The notes beneath the pieces were generated by a model, which was given only the letters and a program-made list of their open reading frames with translations, was not told the DNA's origin and searched no databases. Below, in pieces: positions 36,994-50,874 of a stretch of 64,000 bases of DNA. The number at the start of each line of letters is the position of its first letter. Within the stretch, counting starts at the first letter, position 1. Location: NCBI RefSeq assembly GCF_003918875.1, contig NW_025766337.1:186001-250000 (forward strand). The letters are read 5' to 3'. A program made the position numbers and the translations under genes. This DNA comes from Haliotis rubra. Its lineage: Eukaryota.

Positions 36994-37779
36994 ATGTGAA
37001 GGAACATGACAATCCATACAGCACAGAATGCCGGCAACCACAAGAGATGGCACGTGGACCAACCATATCAGCAGTGTCTACTTGAGAATCAGTCATTCCA
37101 GACCACTGTCCAGGACTTCAGGAACAACCGCTGCCGATTCACGAAGACGTCTACACGCTGACGAGTAAAACACAACGGGAATTTCCTAAAACCAAACAGA
37201 TATGACACGGACGTAAAATCTACGTTAAGCCATACATGTAGGTTTTGCTGCTAGGGCTTGTTGGAATCTTGGTTTGCCGTTAGACGCATTGTCTAGAGAA
37301 ACCTCCGCTAAAAGGTAACGGTATTCTACGAAATAAAGGCCCCCTTAAAACAATCGGATAAAGGCAAGCATGGGTGTACAATAAACACGTGGAATGTTCT
37401 CACGTTGCTGAGCTGTACTCTCAGATTTTAAAACACTTGATTATTGTCATTTTCCACTTGCCTGTACCGAAACTGTGGAAAGCTTAATGATTACAGATGT
37501 GCAACAAATTCATGATATTCCTATGAAAACGCCCAATGAATCTGCAAAACTGTGTCAACCTTGGATTAAGTATTTATGGTACATTATTACATGCTGACGA
37601 AAATGCGTGATTTATTTATGAAACGGCAGCTTGTGTCATGACGAGATATCCTAATTTTGGGCACACTTTGATCAGGCAAAGTGTACCATCACAGGACGAT
37701 GTGTTAGACTGCCTTACACAGAGAATGCATGCTGTATTGAGACAACATAGAACTAAATGAATTAACATTAAAATTTATA

Positions 37780-37975
37780 GAAGCTTACGGAATGAATTTG
37801 AGGTTTTATTTAAAAGGAAAAAACCCGAATATTTTAAGCAGCAAAGAATTTTATTACTAAATGCAACAGATAACCTCAGATCATTCTGTAAAATCCTTAC
37901 GCGAGGAAGACGAACTTATAATTATCTGGAACTGTTACACAGTCAATGGTGTACACATTTCCACAATCTGCTATC
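37780..37975 (+). mobile_element. Possible decayed LINE ORF2 fragment
   Basis: KRKKPEYFKQQRILLLNATDNLRSFCKIL...QWCTHFHNLL resembles the linker between endonuclease and RT. Confidence 0.35.
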
Positions 37976-38117
37976 AGTTCAAAATGTCCACCTTGACTAT
38001 TTACACTGCTTAAGTAAAACCAAGACACATATTCATCCATATCCTACACATGCTATATAATAAAAGACTGTGACAACCTGTGAACAGTATACTGTCCCAG
38101 GCATGTGTAAGGGACCG

Positions 38118-38742
38118 GCTGTCGTGCTCCCAAACCTGGTCCGAACCTCAACGTATCACCGGACCTTGGGACCTTCTGTCGTGCTCCAAAACCTGGTCCG
38201 AACCTCAGGGTATATCACCGGACCTTGGGACCTTCTGTCGTGCTCCAAAACCTGGTCCGAACCTCAGGGTATCACCGGACCTTGGGACCTTCTGTGGTGC
38301 TCCCAAACCTGGTCCGAACCTCAGGGTATATCACCGGACCTTGGGACCTTCTGTCGTGCTCCAAAACCTGGTCCGAACCTCAGCGTATCACCGGACCTTG
38401 GGACCTTCTGTCGTGCTCCCAAACCTGGTCCGAACCTCAGGGTATCACCGGACCTTGGGACCTTTTGTCGTGCTCCCAAACCTGTTCCGAACCTCAGGGT
38501 ATCACCGGACCTTCTGACCTTCTGTCGTGCTCCCAAACCTGTTCCGAACCTCAGGGTATCACCGGACCTTGGGACCTTCTGTCGTGCTCCCAAACCTGTT
38601 CCGAACCTCAGGGTATCACTGGACCTTCTGACCTTCTGTCGTGCTCCCAAACCTGTTCCGAACCTCAGGGTATCACCGGACCTTATGACCTTCTGTCGTG
38701 CTCCCAAACCTGTTCCGAACCTCAGGGTATCACTGGACCTTC
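38118..38742. repeat. 57/59-bp tandem repeat (~11 copies)
   Basis: Unit ctgtcgtgctcccaaacctggtccgaacctcagggtatcaccggaccttgggacctt. Confidence 0.95.
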
Positions 38743-41700
38743 GGTCTTTCTACCAAGATGTCTACTAAGAAAAAGTCTCTTGGTTAAAAGCGGTTTGATT
38801 AAGGTTTTAACATTTATGACCTCAGTAAAGCTTACATAAAGTAATATGGTTGACATGTGCTGGCCATTTCCAAATGTAACAGTGATAGAAAAGATATATA
38901 TAGAATTATAGAAGGGGAATATAAAGAAAGAGGGGGAATTTAACCAGAGCCAGCTTCCTAGATTACGTGTCCCCTATCCCTGGATACCAACCGAATATGG
39001 TTGTCTTGTTGACGTAACGTCATACCTACACGAACAACCAGTGTCAAGTTATGGTCGTTGGTCTGTTTAGATAGCTTCTCTTAAAGGATGGTATTGTCTT
39101 TTGATGAACATTTAAATGGCTCTCATCTTCTTCTTGAGCCATTCCTATTTGCAGCATCCCCAAATTTTCAACGACCGGTGTCTAAGCATTGTTTATGGTT
39201 TAAAAATATCGTGTTGATAGCTGATCATTGTGTGCTGTCGTCATTTAAAACACACAAACATCCAAGTTAGTACGGGAATATAATCCAGATACTTTATTGA
39301 TGAAGTATTATGCAAATCAAAGAGATCATACTGATGTACATCGGGTTTTTTGGTACGTGTAACTGTTCATCACCACCTTAAGTCCAGGGCGTGGCTTCAA
39401 GCAGGTGTGTAGAAAACGCATTTTATTTCAAATGTTCTTTCTTATTGAACTTTATACAAACGACCGTTACATTTTCAGCCAGAATATACCTTCAATCGTA
39501 CAACATTTTGATGTCAGTACAGTTAGGCACCCATTTTGTGGCCAATAGATACTGAAGCGTATGTAAAATCTCCTCCACGACTCCGAGGATTGGAAGGAAT
39601 CTCTGTCGCCTGTTATTGTGGCAAATCTCCTCTGGAAATGAACTCAAGGTATGACATTTACCCTTAGTATGGACCTCCGGCATTAAAATTGAAAACAAAA
39701 CGCTTTTCAGAATCCTGTATGAGAAGAGGGAGGAACATTTCAATCATGAACTTTTATGCATTGTATTCCCTTTATACCGAGCAGTCCTTCAGCAGCTCCA
39801 ACACCCGGTGTCCACATTTCACAACGTTTTAAGAACACTCGAGATTGCTCTTTCTACCAAGATGTGCAAGACAATCCCCTGCGTAAAAGCGGTTTGATCA
39901 GGGGTATAACGTTCATGGTCTCAGTAAACATGGTTGACCGAGAAGTGGCAGAACTGATGTCACATGTAAATTATTTCCTTAGTTTGCCTTACCCCTCAGC
40001 CCTCATCCAATATGAACCCATTTCTTACAGGTGAACAAAGGCCTTTTACGTGTGTTTGTGGCCGGGGCCAACGTGAAGAGGACGTGCCACTCTTTTGGCG
40101 AACATCGCTGGTGTGATTCATGGGCACGTTGTGCTAACAGTCGAAATCATCCAATCATACAATCATACAATCGACACTTATGGAAATGGGAAGGGGTTTG
40201 TTGCTTTTGTTTGCAATTTAAATATTCATGAAACTTCTTAACCAAATCCCCTTGGTTTAAATTTGCATTTTGTTGTGACTGATTAACTAACATGTAAACA
40301 TCCCCCCTTCGCTCTCTCTCTCTCTCTTTCTCTCTCTCACACACACACGATCTTGTAGAATGTATATATATTTGAAACAAATAGTTTTCTTTCAGATGAC
40401 ACATGTTTTCACTTTTAACAATTTGTCCTCCACGTTCAACGACAAAAGCCATTGGTTCAAAGAATGAAATCGTTCTATAACTTTGACAGTTGAGCACCAG
40501 GGCCCCTATGAAACATCACCCATCTTTTAGAATTGAGATATACTGAATTTAAAATGCAGCGAATCAGGCCGTGAAATGAAATTTCAAAGATGCTCAGAAG
40601 AAGACAGAACTCCTAAACTGTTGAAATAATGTTTCATGAATCAAGTATGTAACACAATTCAAGGACTTTCATTAGGTTACTAAATAATTCATTAAGTCGT
40701 CTGTATCAGTCTGTCTGCATTGCCACCAGCTGTGTCCCGAGAGAACCAGTTTTAGCAACTCTGACCCATGAACAATATCACATCCCAACCTACATAGTGT
40801 TACCTTGTGTATGTTTCCAGGTGACTTGGTGCGTGACGTCTGTGTAAGCGTTCGAGAACTTCAGCAAAACGTGGAAGATAAGCCGAGTGGTACAATCCTT
40901 AAAGGAATATATAGTTTATCCCCCTTTATATTCTATACTTTATTCACTAACACTTTAACATTCACCACACACGTGCAAATAAACCAGACTCATTTTATGT
41001 GATATTTTCTATTTTGTGATATTGGTGAGTGAGAGTTGCATTACACCCCTGGTATTCCATCAACCTCATTGCATTGGCATCAGACATGGACCATTGCAGG
41101 TTTCTAAAACCAGGGATTGAAGAAAATAGCTAGAAATGTTGTAAACCTGACACCAAACACACACACTCACACACGCACGCACGCACGCGCACACACACAC
41201 CACCACCACCACCACCACCACCACCAAAACCACCACACACCCACACACCCACCACCCCTGTTTCAACGAATATGGGGACAGGCCATTGTCAGCTCTTCTT
41301 TATAGTTTGACTGTGCACTATTAACGCCTAAGAGAAATGAAGATGCTATGCCTTACATAATTCCTATACAGTATGTAGAGATGAAAACTGTATAGCTTCT
41401 ATCCTCACTATGTACTTGTTTATGGGCAGGATGGCATTTTCATACGCACATATATATTTATTTTCCAGAATCAACAGTCAGTTTCCAAGTTCAGGGAATA
41501 TATGGTGCAAAACAAAATAGGAAATGCGCCACAGTGAAAATGCGTCCAACCTGTTAAAGTCCACCACATGTCTACATTAAACCTTTCCCAAGCTCTTGCT
41601 GGACCGTGTATGTTTCATCATTAACGAAAAAGCGTTTAAACCGTCGTAAGACACTGAACTCTTGATAGAAGGGGAATGTTCTATTCTACCCGAGGAGTTG

Positions 41701-42439
41701 TAGTTGTAGTGGTCACATGTTGTAATGTTAAATCTTTGAAGGGCATTTTCAATATTTTTCAATGTTGAAGATACAGGAAGGCTTAACTATTGTAAAAACG
41801 AAATGCTCCATCTCGTCAAAGAACCTTGTGTAGGTTTTGTCACTCTGAATCCTAATATTGATTTTTTTATGAAATGAATGAGGCCATTAGTCTTCTCAGT
41901 TTTATTTCTCCATACATGCACAGACATTACATTTATTGAGTTGAGGTAACTGGTTATTGAATCTTTATTGACCGATACTGTGATCACATGATCTATATAC
42001 CTGCATCGTAACAGAGATTTGTTGACTAAGCACCACAATTTCATTTTGCCGAAAAGAAATTTCTATTTATATATAGAGAATCAGATAAACGGGTAGCGGA
42101 GCAGTGGCATATACTGACCATAGGGTTGTCTATTTCTTCCACGTCTTACCTGCAAACTTTCCATGTATGACGATGCCAAACATTTCGTGTCTGTTTTTTT
42201 TCGGTTCAGGTGGCATTTGCTTCAACGATTTACAAACTGTACACTACCTGTGAACACCGAGATATACGCATGTCTAAGGAAGGGTACCCTTCGCGAACAC
42301 CTGGTAGCAGCACTCATTGTCAGTGGTCCATTCGTTTCCTTTCAACAACTTTTCTTTCCCAACACCAACAACTCAGAATTTGTTTCTGAGGATAGTCAGG
42401 ACTGGGTATTCGTTTGCACTAACGTTCTATTTTAATTCA

Positions 42440-42607
42440 CGGGGGATGTAGCTCGGTGGTCAAGGCGTTCGCTCGTCACGCCGAAGGCCCGGGTTCAATT
42501 CCCCACATGGGTACCATGTGTGAAGTCCATTTCTGGTATCCCCCGCCGTGATGTTGCTGAAATATTGCTAAAAGCGGCGTAAAACTACCCTCACTCACTC
42601 ACTCACT
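42440..42607 (+). mobile_element. SINE family A
   Basis: A/B boxes and (tcac)n tail. Confidence 0.9.
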
Positions 42608-43588
42608 AATTCAACTGAGTCGATGTTTCTGAATATTGCCCTAGATTAACCAATAGCTCACTAGCATGTTCAAGTATTCTGAGTCAACTACAGAAGAAAT
42701 GTTTGGTCCAAGACGTTAAAACTGGGCACACTGGGTTATAAAACTAATCTATTTCCCAATCGTTTTTCTTTTCTTAGAAGCATCGGAATCTCTGTATTTC
42801 TACAGCGGTCGTACTTCACAATCAGAGTACTGCATGTTCCGGTCCAAGTATCACTTGGTGGTGATCACTGGTTTGCTTACACTCCCTGTAGCAGGAGAAC
42901 TGCTGTATGGCGTCAGGCAAACAATACTTTCAGTTTTAGGAAAAAGCTGGAACGTCGGGTGCTATCGGTACGGCAGGACATGCTTACCCTTTCCTCAACA
43001 CATATTTTAATAGCTGGTTTGCAGTGACCCATTCACATTCGTTAAACGTCCTATCTCTTATTCCCACCAAGGTTTGTACCAGGGATAGTCGAGACTGGGT
43101 ATTCTTTTCGGTTAAAATAATAGAAGTGACAGCATAAGCAAAATGCCAGTTTACGATTCCGACCATATCATCACCCCCTGAGTGTGAATACCTACCAAAT
43201 AGTGATGAGACAGGTATTTACAACCCTATACATATGAAAGAATGTCATTCACCTATCGAGATTCACATCTCCACATTCATCAAAATAACATCATGTAGAG
43301 GCGTCCGATTTCAGTATATAGAATATTACATTATTCACAGCACAGTTGATGTTTAAATTTACATGGAATATATAAGAGATATATCAAGTTACGACCAAGT
43401 TCACATATCAATTAACATCATGCACTCTATTATGACATACAGTCTACACATTTGCATGATTATATTATGTAGATACAGAACGTCAAACCCAGTGAATAAT
43501 GGATCTCGATTATCTTCCGAAACAGATGGCTTTGAAAGACAATACGACCACGAAGAGGCATCATTATACAAATAACATGGCAACATCC

Positions 43589-43665
43589 TATATAAAGAGG
43601 CAGCCTTGTCATTCACCCGTCAGTGGCTGACGTTGCAGGCAGTTACGACTGTACCCCTACTATTG
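43589..43665 (+). promoter_or_regulatory. TATA box and non-coding exon 1 of C-type lectin A
   Basis: TATATAAAG at 43589; donor actattg|gtaaagta, mirrored in paralog B. Confidence 0.7.
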
Positions 43666-43877
43666 GTAAAGTATTATGTTTACAATTACAAACTCTTATT
43701 AAAATGTGTATGATAGACAGATTGTAATTGTTCTGATGACCAAAAACGTAAATGTTTTTGATCCTGTGCTGCCTTATAACACAGGCATGTACTTTGAAAC
43801 GAAAGAGTTCACTCCTTCAAAACGTCAAATTCGACAACCTTCCTGCAGTTACTACCATTTCCCTTCCAGCTACAGTG

Positions 43878-44456
43878 ATGTTGAGGATCATCATTCTGGC
43901 GTCATGCGCAGTGGCTGGCATTTCAGGTTGGCTGTCAAATATCCTATTATTTATTTAATATTATTATTATATTATTTAACATTATTTCCCCGATATTGGT
44001 TCATTTAAAGTTTAATGAACACAGTGGTAGCAGGAAATACTTAAACAGAAATGGAAAATGTATGGAATCGCATTAGTGCCACATTGTAAAAATCTATCAT
44101 CTTCGTCGATGGAATGGAATGGTTCTTGAGCCACAGTATGAGGGACTCTTTAGAATGTGGCACTCAAACCTTCCACAGAGCTATCCAAGAATCGTCTGTG
44201 GAGAATATTTTGGTGGTAAGATAGTTATAACGTTTGTCCAAGGTTAAATATTTATTTAATCCCCAATTTGTTGCAACGTGAACATGATGCCTTGTCTTAG
44301 CCTGGGCTGATGTTAATATATTGTTTGTAGCCGCCTGTTCTGAGGGATACAATGAGACGGTTATCCCCCGGTGCTTCAGGGCCAAACAAAACATGTTTGG
44401 AGACTATGTACTTTATGGTATGTGCGGATTATTATTTTGATTATATATACTTAATT

Positions 44457-44491
<35 letters not shown>

Positions 44492-46993
44492 GGACGTCTA
44501 TTCAGACCTATTCCTACTATGTGATGGTACATATAAATCGAGTCTATTCGGGGAGTGACAAAATTAACTTCGATGCAGTTACCGTGTAAACCGAGTCAGC
44601 GAGTCTAACCACCCGATCCCCTCTTTCGCCTGGAGAAGCATGGTTTCCTTAAGACTATTTGTAACCTTGATGTTCACGGGTGGTATATTCGGCTAAACAT
44701 TACTTTTTAATTTCAAACAATAGTGTTTACAGATTAACCGAATTCTACTGAGCAAGATTCTTACGGAAAACATTTGAAATTTTCTATGACAGCTGAACAA
44801 AGATTTCTTTTGTGACATATGTTAAAGTAACGGGATCCGTTGGAATCATAATACAGATTGGTGTAGAAATAGAAAAAGTCAGGTCAGGTGTACGATACTT
44901 TCAGCGTTTTCTGACGAGTATTAGGTGGCTCCAGTCAGAGCTGACAACGAGGAGCCTGTACACATTATCAGGATACTAGCTGTCAATATTAACACAACTC
45001 CAAACGTGTACATATACTGCGATGTATCAGGAAGGATGGTCAGGATACTACTTTTGACGCGAGTGTTCGTAAACATCGTCGACTTCAGTCCATATTTCGA
45101 GTGAAAAAGAGCTTGACTTGGCCGAAATTGTCACGAAATTGTCCCTTTGAAACATTTACCCCGAACATTTAGCTTGCGGAATTTTTAACTGCATTTCGTA
45201 ATTTAGTTTAAAGTGAGAGAGTGAGTGAGTGAGTCAGTGAGTGAGTATGGCTTTCGCCACTTTTAGCAATATTCCAGCAATATCACGGCGGGGAACACTA
45301 GATATGGGCTTCACATATTGTACCCATGTGGGGAATCGAACCCGGGTCTTCGGCGTGACGAGCGAACGCCTTAACCACTAGGCTACCCCACTGCCCCAAT
45401 TTAGTTTTGAAAAGTTATCAAGGATTAAGCCAAGAAAGGTTATAAAGTGTCAAGTTGTGAAAGGTTATAAAGGGTCAGGAAAGGTTATCAAGAATTAAGT
45501 TAAGAAAGGTCATAAAGGATCCAATCACGAAAGATTATATAGGGTTATATCAAGAAAGGTTATATAGGGTTATATCAAGAAAGGTTATATAGGGTTATAT
45601 CAAGAAAGGTTATATAGGGTTATATCAAGAAGGGTTATATCAAGAAAGGTTATATAGGGTTATATCAAGAAAGGATTTATAGGGTTATATCAAGAAAGGT
45701 TATATAGGGTTATATCAAGAAAGGTTATATAGGGTTATATCAAGAAAGGATATAACGCTGACATTTCTTACAAACGTCTCCATTGTCTCCAGAAGGGCGA
45801 GTTCAGTTTAGATTAACTCACCATTTTTGAAAATGTGGAAAAGACAATTTCTAACATTAACATAATTTTAAAGATTATAAATTATACATATGTACCAAAG
45901 GATGAGTTATGCCAGTGTATCATTCTATGGTACCTCTGTGTGAGTTATGCCAGTGTATCATTCTATGGTACCTCTGTGGTTCGTCTATTCTATAACACTG
46001 TTTTGATAGCACGAGAAGTTCAGAAGCTTAGACTGTAGCACAAATACTGTTGATCAATTGGTTAAACTTATACATCTCCACTCAATCACGTTCTTCAGTC
46101 CCCTGTCCAAGTGGATATACAAGGGTTCAGAATCCGAGTCTGTGCTACAAAATAAGTGCTCCTGCCGATAAAAAGAACTACCCTGACGCCATGGAAGAGT
46201 GCAGCAAAGTCCAGAACGGCCGCCTCATTGACCTGGACTCTCCGGACAAATATGGCTTCCTATCAGGAGTCATGACCGCTTTGACCCCGACTTCACCGCG
46301 CAGCCGTAAGTGTGTTTTCAATTCACTAAAATCTTATTCTACAGGAAACAGTTAACTACAGATAACTCGTATTTGGGTTTGAAGACATAGACAACAACCA
46401 GTAAACGGTAATCATTGAGAATGTCAGAGAGCAGACATTGAGTGAATTACCTAGTCTGTCACAACTGATCTTTTTGATCCACCAATTTCTGAAGCTGCAG
46501 ACACCCTGGTTATGATCTCGCGTAGCATATATTGAACTCACTCATATCGATGAGAGTTAGAAAGTACCAGTTTCATCCAGTTCCAGTCCTAAATATTCAC
46601 GTTTTTTACACCTAATTTATACTGTGTGACCTTGACCTTCAGTGTCACCCAAACCCTTGATAAGCTTCAATCGTTATCATTTCATCTTATGTATATTTAG
46701 GGTGTTCATTTTAAAGGAAGACTAATTTGGCGAGAGGACATTTCGTCATGCAGATCACTCCATAAACTATTGGTGCTGTTTCAGGATTCAGAAACTTCGG
46801 TGTGTGGATCGGTCTGAGACGTGTCACCAGTACCGGCTTCAGATGGAACTCGGGGTCTATGTTTGTCACCAACTGGGGTTACAAGGAGCCAGAACTGACC
46901 TCGTTAAGTCGCTGTGGAATGATACATTTTGAGGGGCTTGCTAACCAACGCTGCACTCCCAAACTCCGCTACGCCTGTGAGGTTCCCATGTAA
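43878..46993 (+). CDS. Secreted single-domain C-type lectin A (perlucin-like); join(43878..43926,46099..46305,46785..46993), 154 aa
   Basis: Signal MLRIIILASCAVAGIS; CPSGY...LCYK...AMEEC...GRL; VWIGL, FRW, NW..EPE..RCG..QRC..YACE; GT-AG phase-1 introns. Confidence 0.9.
45213..45398 (-). mobile_element. SINE family A in a lectin A intron
   Basis: TSD aatttagtttt; full body. Confidence 0.9.
45410..45755. repeat. ~25-bp minisatellite
   Basis: aggttatatagggttatatcaagaa. Confidence 0.85.
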
Positions 46994-47654
46994 CAGAAGC
47001 AGCCTGTCAGTGTTACACATTAGATGTACTGGCTACTGAAATCTTCAAGCTGTGGAAATTAAACTAAATTATATCAAGCTCCTGAACATTGTTGATTTGT
47101 TATTAATGATTATACAAACTGGCAGAATGTTGTCAGTTTACGTACAAAGAAGTGAGCCAGTATAGTTTTACATCGCTTTTAGAATTATTCCAGAAACATG
47201 TGTGAGGGTACACCGGCATTAAACATTGTACAAATGTTGGGAATCGAACCTCGGCCTGACGGGCCAGTGATTTAACCACCAGACTACCCCACTGTCCCTT
47301 AATACTAAAGACAAAAACAACCCACTGCAGTTGCCCTCGTTCTGAGATTTCTTGTCAGGCGACTCCTGCTCAAACAGGTTTCACTCAAGACCTTAGGTAC
47401 TTCATACCGTTGACAAATGGAAGACTGTTCCAAATCTGAAGTGACAAAAATGGTGTTCAATGCAAGACCGTAGTTCTAGCTTGTACCCCGGTACCGTGTT
47501 TTTCAGGGTGAACAATTGACTTACTGTTGCATGTTTTGTGATCTGTGTAACTGGTCGGGCAGGATGAGCTGATGTTTCCACTAGCAGCTTCTGTTCTGAC
47601 TTCTTTAATTGTTTAGAAGCTGGAATGATGAAGAGGAACACTTTTATAGAAAGA

Positions 47655-47717
47655 CAACTTCTTTATTTCAATAGATGCGACGTTTCGGTGTAGATACTAA
47701 CACTGTTATCAAGCAAA
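47655..47717 (-). ncRNA. Penelope-type minimal hammerhead-like motif (U3-A8 variant)
   Basis: Minus strand tgc-TTGATAA-cagtgttagtatctacacc-GAAAC-GTC-gca ... aataaagaagttgt. Confidence 0.6.
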
Positions 47718-48519
47718 TGGATCTAAACCGAAACGCCGCATCTTCGGTCATCATTCTTTGACATGTGCTTTTTGTAAGAATCGAAAGAATTTTGTTCAGG
47801 AAGTAGTATGTTTCCACGGTTCCATCAAACCACAATCCGATGCTATACTTCACATTCCTTCTGAACCATGGAGCAGTGACAACTGCAAGTTATCTGTGTC
47901 AAGAACTATCACCCATTGGTGTATATTCAGCTTCTACGGTGAAACAGAAAGAAACAGGCCGACCTTGATTCAAGTTAACATCGTGTCCACTGACGGCATT
48001 CAATTTCAATGACGTAACGTCCGGTTGGGTGAATTAAGCGTCAAAGCCCTTTCTATTCTGTAAAAAATCTAAGAACATTTGGTTCAAGTGAAAACCATAT
48101 ATCGCAATATAATTTGAGTCACTAATGCTGTACAACACCACAAAGGTTCTGTTCCAAAACCGAGCTGTTCAACCAGACATGGTATGTGGAGGATGACCGT
48201 TAGCCAGCCAGTCCAATGCATTGTTGAGGAATAGCGTGTGTTATTTAAATAAACGTGACAAAACTCTTTCAATAAGTTTAAGAAAAATCATAAACGAATA
48301 ACACAACGTCATAGCTTACATCATCGACATCATCACTGTTTCCAAGAAAAATACGACAAAGGACTTTCAATGTTCGCAAGAAATCGCTGCTTAAACGGCG
48401 ACAGAACCCCGACGAGCCTGACTATATTGTGAGCATGTGTTTAGGAATCACTTTCGACTATTGCTAACACCAGATGTTCGCAAAATGTACGTGTATCCTG
48501 CCCAACTCAGAGCACAGCC

Positions 48520-48670
48520 TGGGTGTTGGGGTGGTTTAGTGGTCTAGTCGACCCGGGTTCGATTCCCCACATGCGTACAATGTGTGAAGCCCATTTCTGG
48601 TCTCCCCCGCCGTGATGTTGCTGGAATAATACTAAAAGCGGCGTAAACCATACTCACTCACTCACTCACT
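48520..48670 (+). mobile_element. SINE family A
   Basis: B-box and (tcac)n tail. Confidence 0.85.
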
Positions 48671-50325
48671 CATAGCACCGCCACTAACACATGCAAAGGC
48701 AAGTCAACTATTGAGCTGAAAACATCTGTAAATAGGGAGTTGCACCGGATATAAAGTTTGCTTAAAATGCGTCCAGTTTCTAAATGCAATCCCCACGACT
48801 ACTATAAAACGGATTTACTGGGGCTTTGGATTAACCTTGTAACAACATTTCAACAAGAACATCTTAGTACAGGGAGCATGCTTGGAGTTACCTTGTTTTG
48901 AAGTCCAGACACTAAAGAATGCTGGTGATAGGATAGTGTGGTAAAATTGTGTATAATGATATTAAGTCCTGTTTATCATTATATGGAGTACATTAACAGT
49001 TATTCGACTTTGAGGACACGTGAAGGTTGCCACTTAATTCATTCTGTATTAGTGCCACCATTTCTGCCATATTCTGCTACGCCCGAATTGGTGACGTGAC
49101 GCTGCTTTCTAAAACATTAAGTCTCGTGTCAGCTTTGAATAAAATGACCTGGAGATTCCACAGTTCCAGATATTGCGAAAATGAAGCATAAATCTCTGCT
49201 CTGTAATTTGTCCAGTACTTTTTTTAGGAACCTAATGTGGAACTGCTCAAAACTATAACCATTTTAATCTTGAAGTTTAGGAATGTGTGTAGGGCTTGTA
49301 ACTACCTATGGATGTTCTCGGATTGTTCTAAATTAGCAGAACTTTGTACTCATGTTTAAATATTGCTCCAAAAGAGCACCGTTTTCAAAGCGCTCTTTTC
49401 CCAAAAGCCGACTGGAGATAAATCTACTGTGTTTTATAATTGATGCAGTCTGTTGATGTAGATACCACTTTCTCTAATCTAGAAACAGAGCTGTTTAACA
49501 TCGAATTCCAAAACACGGTAGTTTTATCTCCATTTTACCCCGACAAGGGCCATCAAGTACATACACCCATCAAGTAACAAGGCACTCAGTCAAATCAAGC
49601 ACATAGACCTATCAAGCCACAAAGCACTCAGTCAAATCAAGCACATAGACCTATCAAGCCACAAAGCACTCAGTCAAATCAAGCACATAGTCCATTCCAA
49701 CAATCAACTACTCACTCAGATCAAACACTTAGTCGAATGAAGCAACCAAACTCTCATGCTCTTATTTCCAAATTACAAAAGACATGTACTCTACAATCTG
49801 GAATACAAGTATATCAAATATTCCAACGCAGTAGGTGTACCTCCTAAGAAGAAGCTCCGGGAGCTTCTAATATTTCTAATATGTTTGTCTGAGGATGTTA
49901 CAATATCTACCATTTTGTTTCAATTCAGAACTAGGCTACCAGAAGATTAAACTGCACACATTTAATCACACACACTGATTAAACAGAATCTGGTTCTGGT
50001 TTTACCAATATACGGAACTATACTGTCTAGTCAATAGGCCCTTGTAGACCCTTCCATGAGCAAATATTGCAGGATTTCCTTCTAGGGCATGGTCTTGCTG
50101 TAAACAGTTCTTATGGTTCCTGAAGAAGTGGCAACAAAACTCTTCCAAATCAGTGGTATAACTTGGCCTCGTCTGTACTTGTGACTATGACTGGCATATT
50201 TCAGATGCCTTAAACAGACTCAAAACATTGGAGTTAGCAGTTCGGTGGTTAGACAGTCCAAGTCTGAATATGTTTCATTACCCCCTTGTCTCAGAGAGTT
50301 TTCTCCTGGGACAGCTTTAAACAGG

Positions 50326-50484
50326 AGTGAGTTGGGTTTTTAGGCCGCTTTAAGCAATATTACAGCAATATCACGGCTGTGGACACCAGAAATGGGCTTC
50401 ACACACTGCACCCATGTGGGGAATCGAACCCAAGTCTTCGACGTGACGAGCGAAAGCTTTAACCACTCGGCTACACAACCACCC
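50326..50484 (-). mobile_element. SINE family A
   Basis: TSD ctttaaacagga. Confidence 0.88.
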
Positions 50485-50874
50485 TTTAAACAGGAAGGTT
50501 TTTTTTGTGTCAGTGTTTATAGTTTTAGATATAATTCATCAATATTCTTGTACAATGATTGCTGCCTGTAACTAAATCGAGTTTTGACCTTGCAGTCAAG
50601 TGATTGTGAATATGGGCATCTTTAGTCGCCTCCAGGACACGATGGCAACGACAAGCCTAGGTTACTGAGGGACTTGTCGTTACTTGCGTAACGCAGTGTA
50701 AACACAACTTCCGACATGCACAGACTTTTATTTTGAAATGGTCAGTTTAATTTTCACAACACGACAGTATAGGTTTTTCACAAGTGACTTTATTATTCGT
50801 CAACGTTATCAGAGTATCTCTCTGTTAAAGAGAGGGGTCTTCTCACTGACATCTGACACCCGGTGCCGCACCCG

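Noticed and set aside
38070-38839. Pro/Cys-rich repetitive ORFs
   Set aside because: Unit length alternates between 57 and 59 bp, shifting frame; consistent with a non-coding minisatellite.
41577-43166. Chain of short minus-strand ORFs suggesting a pseudogene
   Set aside because: Multiple stops and no recognisable family motif; a tBLASTx search would be needed.
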